Assembly: GCA_013378375.1 (NCBI GenBank)
Contig: JACAFT010000002.1
Span: 13,802 to 77,801 of the forward strand
From: Nitrososphaerota archaeon
GTDB taxonomy: Archaea > Thermoproteota > Nitrososphaeria > Nitrososphaerales > UBA57
DNA length: 64,000 nt
Reading direction: 5' to 3'
The first letter of the stretch is position 1. Each line of letters opens with the position of its first letter. Below the pieces are notes generated by a model. The model saw only the letters and a list, made by a program, of their open reading frames with translations. It was not told where the DNA came from and did no database searches. Shown here piece after piece: positions 54,622 to 63,607 of the stretch. The position numbers and the translations under genes are program-made.

Positions 54622-55890
54622 TTAGATTATAATTTTATCTCCTAATTCTGGGGCAATTGCTTCATATCCAAAATCTTTCTTAACTTTATTTACAAAATTA
54701 ATTGACTGTTCTTCTTCTCCGTGTACTGCTACTATTGTTGGTTCTCCTTTAATTCCTGATATCATTTCAAATAATTCTTTACTTCCACTATGTGATGAAA
54801 AATTGAAATGTTCGAATTCTCCTTTAATTTTTTTTAACTTTCCACTTACACGTATCATTTTCTTTTCTAATAACGTTCTTCCTGGAGTGCCTTCAGCTTG
54901 ATAAGATACTAACGCTATTGCATTTTTTTCATTCATTGATATGCGTTCTTTATAATAAGAAGACAATCCTCCTACCATCATTCCTGCAGGTGCTATTATT
55001 ACTCCTGGTTTATCTACTAATTCTTTTCTCTGCTTCCAATTTTTTAATACAGTAAGTTCATCTATTGTTTTTTCGAATAGTTGAGCATCTTTCAGGTACT
55101 CTAAATTATTGAGTAATATCTGATTTGTCTTTAAAGCCATTCCATCCATTGCTACAGGTAATGAAAATTTGTGTGCTTTTAATACACATGCAATTTCTTG
55201 AGATCTACCAACTGCAAATGCTGGAATTAATAATGTTCCTCCTTTTTCCGCTATTTCTTTTGCAAATAAAACAAATTTTTCTTCTACTTCTTCTCGTTCT
55301 GGATGGTCACTTGTTCCGTATGTTGCTTCTGTAATTAATAGATCTAATTCACCATAATTAGTATCCGCTCCTTTTACCAAATTTTGATCTGACGCGTTTA
55401 TGTCTCCTGTATATGCAATTCTTTTTCCTTCTCCCTCTATTATCATGGATACACTTCCAGGCATATGTCCTGCATTTATGAATTTTATATTTACATCTCC
55501 GATATTGAATTCTGAATTCATTTCAATGTTGTTGATATTTTCATTCATTCTTTTGAGTTCTTGATGTTGAAATGGCAAATATTGTTTTGTCACATCATTT
55601 GAAAGATTTATGAAATCATCAATTAATAAATTGCTGATTTCTGCAGTCGGATTTGTACAATATACGTCTATGTTATTAGATACAAAAAAGGATGGGGCTG
55701 CTCCACTATGATCTAAATGGGCATGACTCAATATTATTGCATCTATCTTTTTTGGGTTGACATGCAATGGAAATGTCATTGGTTGTCTAATTTGAACTCC
55801 AAAATCCAATATTATGCTCTTGTTTTCAATTTCTAATAGAAAAGCAGAACGTCCTACTTCTCTTGACGCTCCTAATGTTGTTACTTTCAT
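54622..55890 (-). CDS. Metallo-beta-lactamase / beta-CASP ribonuclease (aCPSF2-like, no KH domains)
   Basis: 422 aa. HAHLDHSG motif, beta-CASP region; size and lack of an N-terminal KH domain fit aCPSF2. Confidence 0.75.
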   Translation of the reverse strand: MKVTTLGASREVGRSAFLLEIENKSIILDFGVQIRQPMTFPLHVNPKKIDAIILSHAHLDHSGAAPSFFVSNNIDVYCTNPTAEISNLLIDDFINLSNDVTKQYLPFQHQELKRMNENINNIEMNSEFNIGDVNIKFINAGHMPGSVSMIIEGEGKRIAYTGDINASDQNLVKGADTNYGELDLLITEATYGTSDHPEREEVEEKFVLFAKEIAEKGGTLLIPAFAVGRSQEIACVLKAHKFSLPVAMDGMALKTNQILLNNLEYLKDAQLFEKTIDELTVLKNWKQRKELVDKPGVIIAPAGMMVGGLSSYYKERISMNEKNAIALVSYQAEGTPGRTLLEKKMIRVSGKLKKIKGEFEHFNFSSHSGSKELFEMISGIKGEPTIVAVHGEEEQSINFVNKVKKDFGYEAIAPELGDKIII

Positions 55891-55933
55891 TCATTTATCA
55901 GTAAGATTTTTACTTATCTTCAATATATAATCA

Positions 55934-56641
55934 TTGATGAATTCTACAAGATTGTTTCCAGACGATCTCTCAGTTGATGGGTTGTCTTTGATTACAGGTT
56001 TCCATGGTATTGGATCTACTGGTTTTCTTGCAATCAATCATTTGATTGAAATACTCAAACCAAAACGTATAGGTGTATTCGAAACTGATCATATGGCTCC
56101 GATCTCTACTATCAGTTCAGGGAAAATTATTACTCCGTTTGAACTTTATGTACAAAACAATCTTGCTTTTCTTCGTGTTGCAGTTCCTCCGTTACAAGGT
56201 AATGAAATTGAATTTTTACGCGAAGTTTGTGATATAATTATTTCACGTGGTTTTAAAGAATTGATATTGATTGGAGGATTGGATTCTCAATTAAAATCAG
56301 ACAATTCTAATTTTAGATATGTAAAAACATCTTCTTATGAACTTCCTAAATCGTTAATTGATTCTTCTCCATTGGAAGATGGAAGAATTATTATTGGACC
56401 TGTTGCACAGATGTTGAACTTTATGGAAATACGTAATTTTCCTGCTTTGGGTTTGCTTCCTTTTGCAACTTCTCTTCGTGCAGATCCTAGAGCTGCTTCT
56501 GATGCTATTGACATAATTTCAAGTCTTTTTAATATTGAAGTTGAAGTAAGTACTCTTATCGACCAAGCTAGTAAACTCGAATTGGATTTGCCTTCTTCTG
56601 TTGATAATGTGAAACCTCGTCCTACTGATATATACACTTAA
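55934..56641 (+). CDS. PAC2-family (proteasome assembly chaperone-like) protein
   Basis: 235 aa. N-terminal LITGFHGIGSTGFLAINHLIE resembles the PAC2 family signature. Tentative. Confidence 0.55.
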   Translation: MMNSTRLFPDDLSVDGLSLITGFHGIGSTGFLAINHLIEILKPKRIGVFETDHMAPISTISSGKIITPFELYVQNNLAFLRVAVPPLQGNEIEFLREVCDIIISRGFKELILIGGLDSQLKSDNSNFRYVKTSSYELPKSLIDSSPLEDGRIIIGPVAQMLNFMEIRNFPALGLLPFATSLRADPRAASDAIDIISSLFNIEVEVSTLIDQASKLELDLPSSVDNVKPRPTDIYT

Positions 56642-58200
56642 TTTTTTTGAAGAAGTTCATCCAAACTTGTATAGATGTTAGTTTCTTTCTCGATTATTAT
56701 ATTTGGTTTTAGTATTCGTATTACAAAATTAATTATTTTTTGATTTAATTTACTATCTTTAATGAAAGAAATAGACTCTGGATCTAATATTTTAAACTGT
56801 CTCATCAACAGATCTAACATAGCATCAATTTGCACGTTATCATATTTCATAGTTTCAGATATTTCATAATGAGAAATGGGATAAATATCTGTAAGTTGAT
56901 ATGGCACAAAACCAAAAGGTGGAATAATATATCCTATAATTGCATTGTTCTTGTATTTTTCTAAAATTGATTGTAATTTTTTATCATAAAATAATGGTCT
57001 GTTTCTAGTGATTGGTATTATTATCACTTTTTGATTTACAAATTGATTGAACAATTCCATCATTTTTGTTTGATATATGTATAATTCGGGTCTTTTGTTA
57101 TCTGGAACTGACGAAAGAAATATTCCTTTTGATTTAAATCTTGATTGAAAATTATTCATACTTTCCAAATTTTCTGACAAGTATTTGAAAGCATCCCACA
57201 TTTTTGGATGAGTGCGTGCACGTGTCCCGACCAATTCCCATAATCTTCCTTCTTTTATTGCCTGTCTTGTGGACATTATTTCTTTCCATAATGCCCATAA
57301 GTTATGAATACCAATTGTTTTTGTCTTTTCTATTTTTTCCATTGATCTTATTTCTCTCACCGAATATTTCTTACAAATTTCACATATACATGGTAGGTAT
57401 TCTAATTCATCAATATTTCTTGTTCCATTTTCAGTAAAGTATCTTCCATGTTTTGCATATAATATATAAGAAGCAGAATCAAAAGTGTCACATCCAAGAG
57501 CTACTGCCATTGATAATGGAGCAGGATGACCTAGTCCAAACAAATGAAATGGTTTTTCTGCTGAAATGTTCTTTTTTGCAGTTATAATCATTTTTGCTAA
57601 AAGCCTGTAATCATAACTTTCCATAATTTCTGTTGGACTTCCTAGTGTGTACATATCAAAATTCATTCCGTTAATTCTTTTGGCAGAAAATTCAACTAAA
57701 TCTAAAAACTTACCTCCTTGAATTGGTCCCATCCACGCTGATTTATGTTCAATATTATTTAGAGTATTTTCACACGAGTCTAATGTTTTTAATACACTAT
57801 TTCTAGCATCTTTCCAATCATCTTTCAGACTTGTCGGTTTATCTAATATGTTGCATAAATCTGATTTTATATTTTCTTGAAATCTTGCTATTTCTATTTC
57901 TTCAACATCAACTTTACCATATTCTAATATTTGATAACCTCCAGAATCTGTCATGATTGGACCGTTAAATTTTACTATTGAATGTATGTCCATATCTGCC
58001 AAATCTGTTCCATATTTCTGCCATGTTATATAGGAATTAGTCATTACTGCTTCGAATCCCATATTCTTAATTATTTCTGTATCAATCAATTGATTAACTG
58101 GATGAAGTACAGGTAAAAGTGTTGGTGTTTCAAAACTTCCACTATTTGTATGAATTTTTCCTATTCTTGCAGCTAAATCTGAAGATTTTATCTCAAACAT
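56638..58200 (-). CDS. tgtA: Archaeosine tRNA-guanine transglycosylase (ArcTGT), no evident C-terminal PUA domain
   Basis: 520 aa. N-terminal ARIGKIHT...FETPTLLPV, DSGGYQ, LFGLGHP, Zn site CICEICKKY. Confidence 0.85.
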   Translation of the reverse strand: MFEIKSSDLAARIGKIHTNSGSFETPTLLPVLHPVNQLIDTEIIKNMGFEAVMTNSYITWQKYGTDLADMDIHSIVKFNGPIMTDSGGYQILEYGKVDVEEIEIARFQENIKSDLCNILDKPTSLKDDWKDARNSVLKTLDSCENTLNNIEHKSAWMGPIQGGKFLDLVEFSAKRINGMNFDMYTLGSPTEIMESYDYRLLAKMIITAKKNISAEKPFHLFGLGHPAPLSMAVALGCDTFDSASYILYAKHGRYFTENGTRNIDELEYLPCICEICKKYSVREIRSMEKIEKTKTIGIHNLWALWKEIMSTRQAIKEGRLWELVGTRARTHPKMWDAFKYLSENLESMNNFQSRFKSKGIFLSSVPDNKRPELYIYQTKMMELFNQFVNQKVIIIPITRNRPLFYDKKLQSILEKYKNNAIIGYIIPPFGFVPYQLTDIYPISHYEISETMKYDNVQIDAMLDLLMRQFKILDPESISFIKDSKLNQKIINFVIRILKPNIIIEKETNIYTSLDELLQKN

Positions 58201-58289
58201 TAGATTAGATTTGTTATACTTACTATTATCTTGTTTTCAATATCTTATCAGATTAAAAAATTTTAATATCATTTCTTTTCACTATTATT

Positions 58290-58586
58290 ATGAGTAATAA
58301 TCAAGAACGAAACCTTCCTGACGAAATTGAATTCAAAATGCTGGATTCAAAACCTGATGGTGTTGACGAAGTTGTTTTTAAAATAGAAGATGGTTCAACA
58401 ATCAGAATTCGAGTACATATTGATCGTGTCGGTGTAGCAACTAATTATAATAATCCTGATGGTTCACAACATTATAATGTACAAGCATCAATGGCAGTTA
58501 ATGTAATTTCATCTGACAGAAAATATACAATTTCAAAACCAGGAATTAATAAAAATAAATCAGTTACATCAAAACCATACAAATAA
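58290..58586 (+). CDS. Hypothetical protein
   Basis: 98 aa, no recognisable motif. Support is only the ORF length and intergenic placement. Confidence 0.35.
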   Translation: MSNNQERNLPDEIEFKMLDSKPDGVDEVVFKIEDGSTIRIRVHIDRVGVATNYNNPDGSQHYNVQASMAVNVISSDRKYTISKPGINKNKSVTSKPYK

Positions 58587-58587
58587 T

Positions 58588-59991
58588 CTAACTAAGTTTT
58601 ATTCTAGTTCCTTTTTCAGTATCTTCTACAATGTATCCTCTTCTTGACAACTCTTCTCTAATTTCATCTGATTTCTTCCAATCTTTCATATTTCTTGCTT
58701 CATCTCTTTCTGCTACTAAAATCTTAATGTCATCAGAGATTTCAAAATTTATTGTTTCATTTGATAAAACTCCTAATATCTTATTTATTGATTCAAAATA
58801 CTCTGTAATCTCTAACTTATTTTCTTCTAAAATTTGTTCTTTATCTAGGTATTTGTTAATTTCTCTAACAAATCTAAAAATTGATGCTAATGCAACAGGC
58901 ATATCTAAATCGTCATCCATTGCATTTTCAAACTCGATTTTCGCTTCTTTAGTAATTTTTGATAAATCTGAATCTCTTCCATTTTTAGTTTTATCGTCTA
59001 TGATCTTTGAATAAGTCTCTTGAATTCTGTCTATATTCTCTTTTGCTTGATTTATTCCATCTAAAGTAAAGTTAAGTTGAGATCTATAATGAGATGAAAT
59101 TAATAAAAATCTAATTGCTCTTTGGTCATATCCTTTTTCCAAAAGATTTCTTAATGTAAAATAATTTCCTTCTGATTTAGACATTTTTTTTCCTTCTACA
59201 ATTAGATGTTCTGAATGAATCCAATATTTTACAAATTGTTGACTTGAAACTGCTTCTGATTGGGCTATTTCATTTTCATGATGAGGAAAAATTAAATCTG
59301 TTCCTCCTGCGTGTATGTCTATTTGTTTGCCTAGAATTTTTGTCGACATTACGGAACATTCTATATGCCAGCCTGGCCTTCCTTTTCCTAGAATATTGTT
59401 CCAGTATATGTCTCCATCGTTCTCTTCCCAGGCTTTCCACAATGCAAAATCTTGTACCTCTTCTTTTGAATATTCGTCATTTGTTAGTCGACTTTTTGTT
59501 TTTGATGGATCTATATTAATTCCTGATAATTTTCCATATTCTTTAAATTTTGATATTGAAAAATAATATGAGGCATCGCTTTGATACGCATATCCTTCTT
59601 TTTCTAATTTTTTTATATATTCTTCGATTTCTTTGATGTAATCCGTTGCTTTTGGATATAAAGTGGCCTTTGTTATCTTTAGACTATCTAAATCTTTGAA
59701 AAATTCTTCTGTAAATTTATTTGTATATTCTTTTAATGATTTGCCATTTTTTATTGATGCAGCAATTGTTTTATCATCAACGTCTGTTATATTCATTACA
59801 AATTTTATTTTATATCCTTTGTATTTGAGATATCGTATAATTATATCTTCACATAGAAATGTTCTGAAATTTCCTATATGTGCAAAATCGTATACTGTTG
59901 GTCCACAACAATATATTGATACTTTATTGTCTTGGTTTGGTTTGAATTCTTCTTTTTTCTTACCTAATGTATTGAACAGTTTTAAGACCAT
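58588..59991 (-). CDS. cysS: Cysteinyl-tRNA synthetase
   Basis: 467 aa. HIGN (HIGH) and KMSKS motifs, Zn-ligand Cys residues. Confidence 0.95.
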   Translation of the reverse strand: MVLKLFNTLGKKKEEFKPNQDNKVSIYCCGPTVYDFAHIGNFRTFLCEDIIIRYLKYKGYKIKFVMNITDVDDKTIAASIKNGKSLKEYTNKFTEEFFKDLDSLKITKATLYPKATDYIKEIEEYIKKLEKEGYAYQSDASYYFSISKFKEYGKLSGINIDPSKTKSRLTNDEYSKEEVQDFALWKAWEENDGDIYWNNILGKGRPGWHIECSVMSTKILGKQIDIHAGGTDLIFPHHENEIAQSEAVSSQQFVKYWIHSEHLIVEGKKMSKSEGNYFTLRNLLEKGYDQRAIRFLLISSHYRSQLNFTLDGINQAKENIDRIQETYSKIIDDKTKNGRDSDLSKITKEAKIEFENAMDDDLDMPVALASIFRFVREINKYLDKEQILEENKLEITEYFESINKILGVLSNETINFEISDDIKILVAERDEARNMKDWKKSDEIREELSRRGYIVEDTEKGTRIKLS

Positions 59992-60007
59992 TGTAGAAAT
60001 ATGTGTA

Positions 60008-60055
60008 AAAGCACTATTTATAATGACATTATGATTAGTTAAAGCACTATTTATA
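60008..60055. repeat. 15-bp direct repeat AAAGCACTATTTATA x2 (60008-60022 and 60041-60055), each containing a TATA-like box
   Basis: Read directly. Copy 1's TATA lies about 27 nt from the cysS start (minus strand). Copy 2's TATA (60050-60057) lies about 40 nt upstream of the uORF ATG. Confidence 0.6.
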
Positions 60056-60093
60056 TATGAAAAATCTTCTTATCTAATTTATACAGTGTTAAT

Positions 60094-60147
60094 ATGATGG
60101 AAAATAGAAATTACCGATATTGGTTTTTCAACTATTCCTTTAGTTAG
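60094..60147 (+). CDS. 17-codon aromatic-rich upstream ORF (candidate leader peptide) in the shikimate-operon leader
   Basis: ATG ATG GAA AAT AGA AAT TAC CGA TAT TGG TTT TTC AAC TAT TCC TTT AGT TAG = MMENRNYRYWFFNYSFS. 7 of 17 codons encode Tyr, Trp or Phe. Confidence 0.35.
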   Translation: MMENRNYRYWFFNYSFS

Positions 60148-60180
60148 GACTCTAAACTTTATCTCACTGTTATTTTATTG
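60142..60180 (+). terminator. Imperfect hairpin (AGTTAG / CTAAACT, loop GACT) overlapping the uORF stop codon, followed by a T-rich stretch; candidate attenuator
   Basis: Stem 60142-60147 pairs with 60152-60158, with one bulged A. Downstream sequence is TTTATCTCACTGTTATTTTATTG, whose longest T run is only T4. Confidence 0.25.
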
Positions 60181-60194
60181 AGGTTATGATTATA

Positions 60195-60950
60195 ATGACT
60201 AATATTAAACGTAATGAAAAAATACTTGCTGTTACCTTAGACCATGGTCTAACTATTGGTCCTGTTTCTGGATTAATAGATATTAATGGAATTGTAGATG
60301 ACGTACGAAGAGGTGGTGCATCTGCTATAGTTACACATAAAGGATTCATAAAAAATCTTGATACTATTCCTGATATTGGAAAAATAATTCATTTATCTGC
60401 TAGTACTAGTCTTTCTGTATTTCCAGATGATAAAGTTCTTGTAGGAAATCCTGAAACTGCTATGAATATGGGAGCTGACGCAGTTTCTATTCATGTAAAT
60501 ATTGGTTCAAGTCATGATCAACGAATGATTAAAGATTTAGGTATGATCGTCGATCAATGCAAAGATTTAGAATTACCTGTACTTGCAATGATGTATCCTA
60601 GAGGTGAGAAGGTTTCTAATCCTTTTGATCCCGAAGTGGTTGCGCATGTTGCTCGTATTGGAGCTGAATTAGGAGCTGACGTTGTGAAAACTCTATATAC
60701 TGGCAATCCTGATACTTTCAAAACCGTTGTAGAAGGATGTCCTGTTCCTGTTATAATTGCCGGTGGCCCTAAATCTAATACAGACGATGAACTTCTAAAC
60801 ATGGTTAAAGGAGCAATGGATTCTGGAGCTGTTGGCGTTGCCATGGGTAGAAATATTTTTCAGCATTCCCATCCTGAAAATATTACTAGGGCTATTTCTA
60901 ATATTATTTTCGATAATAGTTCTGTAGAATCTGCTCTGGAGGTTATTTGA
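60195..60950 (+). CDS. aroA': 2-amino-3,7-dideoxy-D-threo-hept-6-ulosonate (ADH) synthase, class I aldolase family (archaeal AroA')
   Basis: The ORF opens at ATG 60186, but GAGGT (60180-60184) is better spaced for ATG 60195. Long identity runs to M. jannaschii MJ0400 as remembered (GADAVSIHVN, AMMYPRG, GAELGADVVKT, AGGPK, GRNIFQH). Confidence 0.85.
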   Translation: MTNIKRNEKILAVTLDHGLTIGPVSGLIDINGIVDDVRRGGASAIVTHKGFIKNLDTIPDIGKIIHLSASTSLSVFPDDKVLVGNPETAMNMGADAVSIHVNIGSSHDQRMIKDLGMIVDQCKDLELPVLAMMYPRGEKVSNPFDPEVVAHVARIGAELGADVVKTLYTGNPDTFKTVVEGCPVPVIIAGGPKSNTDDELLNMVKGAMDSGAVGVAMGRNIFQHSHPENITRAISNIIFDNSSVESALEVI

Positions 60951-62033
60951 TTGACGGAGAAATTACGCACTATTATAGTCGAACCTAGGACTTCTGTTGA
61001 TAATATTGACGATTTTACTCAATTACTCTTTGAATCTGGAATAAAAAGCATATTTCTCTCTGAAATTGACGATGTTGGGAAATGCGACTTTTCTAAATTC
61101 GAAACTTATTCCTTTTCAAGTGATTCAGATGTTAAGGTTGTAGATTCAAAAACCCTGAAATACGTTGAACCTAATCAGAGATTTGCTTATTTTGCTAAAT
61201 TGAATGATGATTCAAATCTTGATGAAATCGTAAATGCTGCAAAAAATAATGCCGAATCTGTGATTATTGAATTTGAAGAAAATACAGAATGGAAAATCAT
61301 TCCTCTAGAAAATCTAATTGCTGAATTACATGGATTGAAAACTAAGATATTTACTGTAATTAATGAACCATCTGAAATTAAAATGATGTTTACTATTTTG
61401 GAATTGGGAGTTGATGGTGTTTTACTTCGAACTTCAAATATAGACGACGTTAATAAATTAAATTCTGAACTTGGCGAACTGTCAAAAATTGATCTTAGTG
61501 TTGCAGAAATCCTTGAAATCAAAGAAGTAGGTATTGGTGAACGAGCTTGTGTTGATACTGCATCTATGCTTAATCAAGGTGAGGGGTTATTAGTTGGTAA
61601 TCAAGCGAATTTTATGTTCTTAATGCATAACGAATCTGCAGGTTCTGGATTTACATCGCCCCGACCATTTCGTGTTAATGCTGGTGCAGTACAGTGCTAT
61701 ACCTTGTTGCCTGATGGTCGTACAAAATATTTGTCCGAACTAGAAAGTGGTACAGAAGTTATGATTGTTTCACATAAAGGTCTTGTGAGAACTTCTATTG
61801 TAGGAAGATTGAAAATTGAAAGTAGACCGTTATTTCTTGTTAGAGCTAAATCCGATGATAAAATCGGCGGTGTTCTAATACAAAATGCTGAAACTATTGC
61901 ATTTGTAAAAGATAATGGAAAACCTATCTCCACTACTTCACTCAAAGTTGGCGACAAAATTCTTGTTAAAACTGAATTAAATAAGGGTCGACATTTTGGA
62001 ATGGAAGTAGAGGAGTATATTCTTGAGAAATAG
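60951..62033 (+). CDS. aroB': 3-dehydroquinate synthase type II (archaeal AroB')
   Basis: 360 aa, TTG start directly after the ADH synthase stop. Size and operon position fit; family resemblance is from memory. Confidence 0.85.
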   Translation: MTEKLRTIIVEPRTSVDNIDDFTQLLFESGIKSIFLSEIDDVGKCDFSKFETYSFSSDSDVKVVDSKTLKYVEPNQRFAYFAKLNDDSNLDEIVNAAKNNAESVIIEFEENTEWKIIPLENLIAELHGLKTKIFTVINEPSEIKMMFTILELGVDGVLLRTSNIDDVNKLNSELGELSKIDLSVAEILEIKEVGIGERACVDTASMLNQGEGLLVGNQANFMFLMHNESAGSGFTSPRPFRVNAGAVQCYTLLPDGRTKYLSELESGTEVMIVSHKGLVRTSIVGRLKIESRPLFLVRAKSDDKIGGVLIQNAETIAFVKDNGKPISTTSLKVGDKILVKTELNKGRHFGMEVEEYILEK

Positions 62034-62748
62034 TTCATTGATCAAACCACGATTTTGTGTTTCTATAGCCGAGTCAAGTACGACTAAATTAAATTCAACT
62101 GTTAAGCGTGCATTTGTTTCTGGTTCTCATTTTGCTGAAATACGCTTAGATTACTTGTCTTCATTTTCTATTGAAAAAATTCAGAATTTATCAAATACGT
62201 ATAAAAATCGATTGATTTTGACTTTTCGTAGTAAGAATGAAGGTGGTTTTTCTAATATATCAGAATCTGACAGACTTGATATATTGTCTCAATTGTTGGA
62301 TCTAAAATATTCTATTAAAGACATTGAATCTAGTACATATCTGAAGCATTATTCATTATTCCACAAAAAGAAAAACCTGCTCATTTCGTGGCATAATTTC
62401 AAATCAACTCCATCTTATAATGAACTAGAAACTCGAGTACGAACTATATCGAAGAAATTCTCTAACAATCCCGAGAATAATGGTAATTGGCAACTTGGAA
62501 AAATCATCAAAATCGTTACCAAAGCAAATACCATGGATGATTGTAATAAAATCTTCAAGTTGTACAAGAAATTTAATAAATCTAGATTTCACTTATTGGC
62601 ATTTTGTATGGGTGATAATGGTTCTACTACACGAATTTTATCTCCTTTTCTTGGAGCGCCTTTTGTCTACTGTTTTATTGGAAAAAATCCGATAGCTCCT
62701 GGACAAATCCATATAAATACACTGAAGGAAATATATTCTAATTTCTAG
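62023..62748 (+). CDS. aroD: 3-dehydroquinate dehydratase, type I
   Basis: 241 aa; alternative TTG start at 62038. AEIRLDYL motif and a KIV lysine context typical of type I DHQase. Confidence 0.8.
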   Translation: MRNSSLIKPRFCVSIAESSTTKLNSTVKRAFVSGSHFAEIRLDYLSSFSIEKIQNLSNTYKNRLILTFRSKNEGGFSNISESDRLDILSQLLDLKYSIKDIESSTYLKHYSLFHKKKNLLISWHNFKSTPSYNELETRVRTISKKFSNNPENNGNWQLGKIIKIVTKANTMDDCNKIFKLYKKFNKSRFHLLAFCMGDNGSTTRILSPFLGAPFVYCFIGKNPIAPGQIHINTLKEIYSNF

Positions 62749-62769
62749 TAATTATTTACAGGTGTTGTC

Positions 62770-63606
62770 ATGAAAGATACTTCAAATCGACTATTTTGCT
62801 TATTGGGTGATAAAGTAGATAATTCATTGTCTCCAGTTATTCATAATTCTTTTTTTAATTATTATGATATTAGTGGATTCTATATTCCATTAAATGTCTC
62901 ACAATCAAATTTGGAAGACATTGTTTTATTGTTAAATAAATTAAATTTTCAAGGAGCTAATGTAACTATTCCACATAAAGAAAATATTATAAAATTTCTT
63001 GATGTATTAGATCCTGTTGCAAAACAAATTCACGCGGTTAATACAATTCTACGAAAGAACGATAAATTAATTGGTTATAATACTGATATTGGTGGATTTC
63101 TTGAACCACTGGATAGAAAAATTTCTTCCTTGAATGATAAAAAAATCTTAATTTTGGGTGCAGGAGGTGCTGCTAAAGCTGTATTTCGTGCTTTGGTCAC
63201 TAAAAATTGTAAAGAAATTGTGATCTTGAATCGTACTGTTGAGAATATTAAAAAATTATTTCATAATGATGATTCTCTTACTAAATTATCCTATGATGTT
63301 TTAACTCAACAGAATTTAGATGCTTTATTTGACGTGGATATTGTTATTAATACAATTCCTCTAAGTAGAACTGGTACTAATTTTGAGTTTAATAATCTGA
63401 AATCAGATATTAGTCTTGCATATGATCTCGAATATATTCCCAAAGAAACTAATTTTATTAAAAAAATGAAAATGCTTGATGCTGAGATTGTATATGGTTA
63501 TGAAATGCTTTTATCCCAAGCTAAATTATCTTTTCAAATCTGGAATGATGTTATGCCTGATGAGAATATAATTCATGATAAAATACTTTCATTATTGAGT
63601 GATTAG
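62770..63606 (+). CDS. aroE: Shikimate 5-dehydrogenase
   Basis: 278 aa. SLSPVIHN, GANVTIPHK, NTD.GG and GAGGAAKAV motifs. Confidence 0.9.
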   Translation: MKDTSNRLFCLLGDKVDNSLSPVIHNSFFNYYDISGFYIPLNVSQSNLEDIVLLLNKLNFQGANVTIPHKENIIKFLDVLDPVAKQIHAVNTILRKNDKLIGYNTDIGGFLEPLDRKISSLNDKKILILGAGGAAKAVFRALVTKNCKEIVILNRTVENIKKLFHNDDSLTKLSYDVLTQQNLDALFDVDIVINTIPLSRTGTNFEFNNLKSDISLAYDLEYIPKETNFIKKMKMLDAEIVYGYEMLLSQAKLSFQIWNDVMPDENIIHDKILSLLSD

Positions 63607-63607
63607 T

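Noticed and set aside
54597-54660. ATGATGA (C-box-like) in the sufU / beta-CASP spacer, and an ATGACG...CTGA pattern on the minus strand at about 40330-40375, considered as C/D box sRNAs.
   Set aside because: No properly spaced D box (CTGA) or C'/D' pair, and no terminal stem, could be found at either site.
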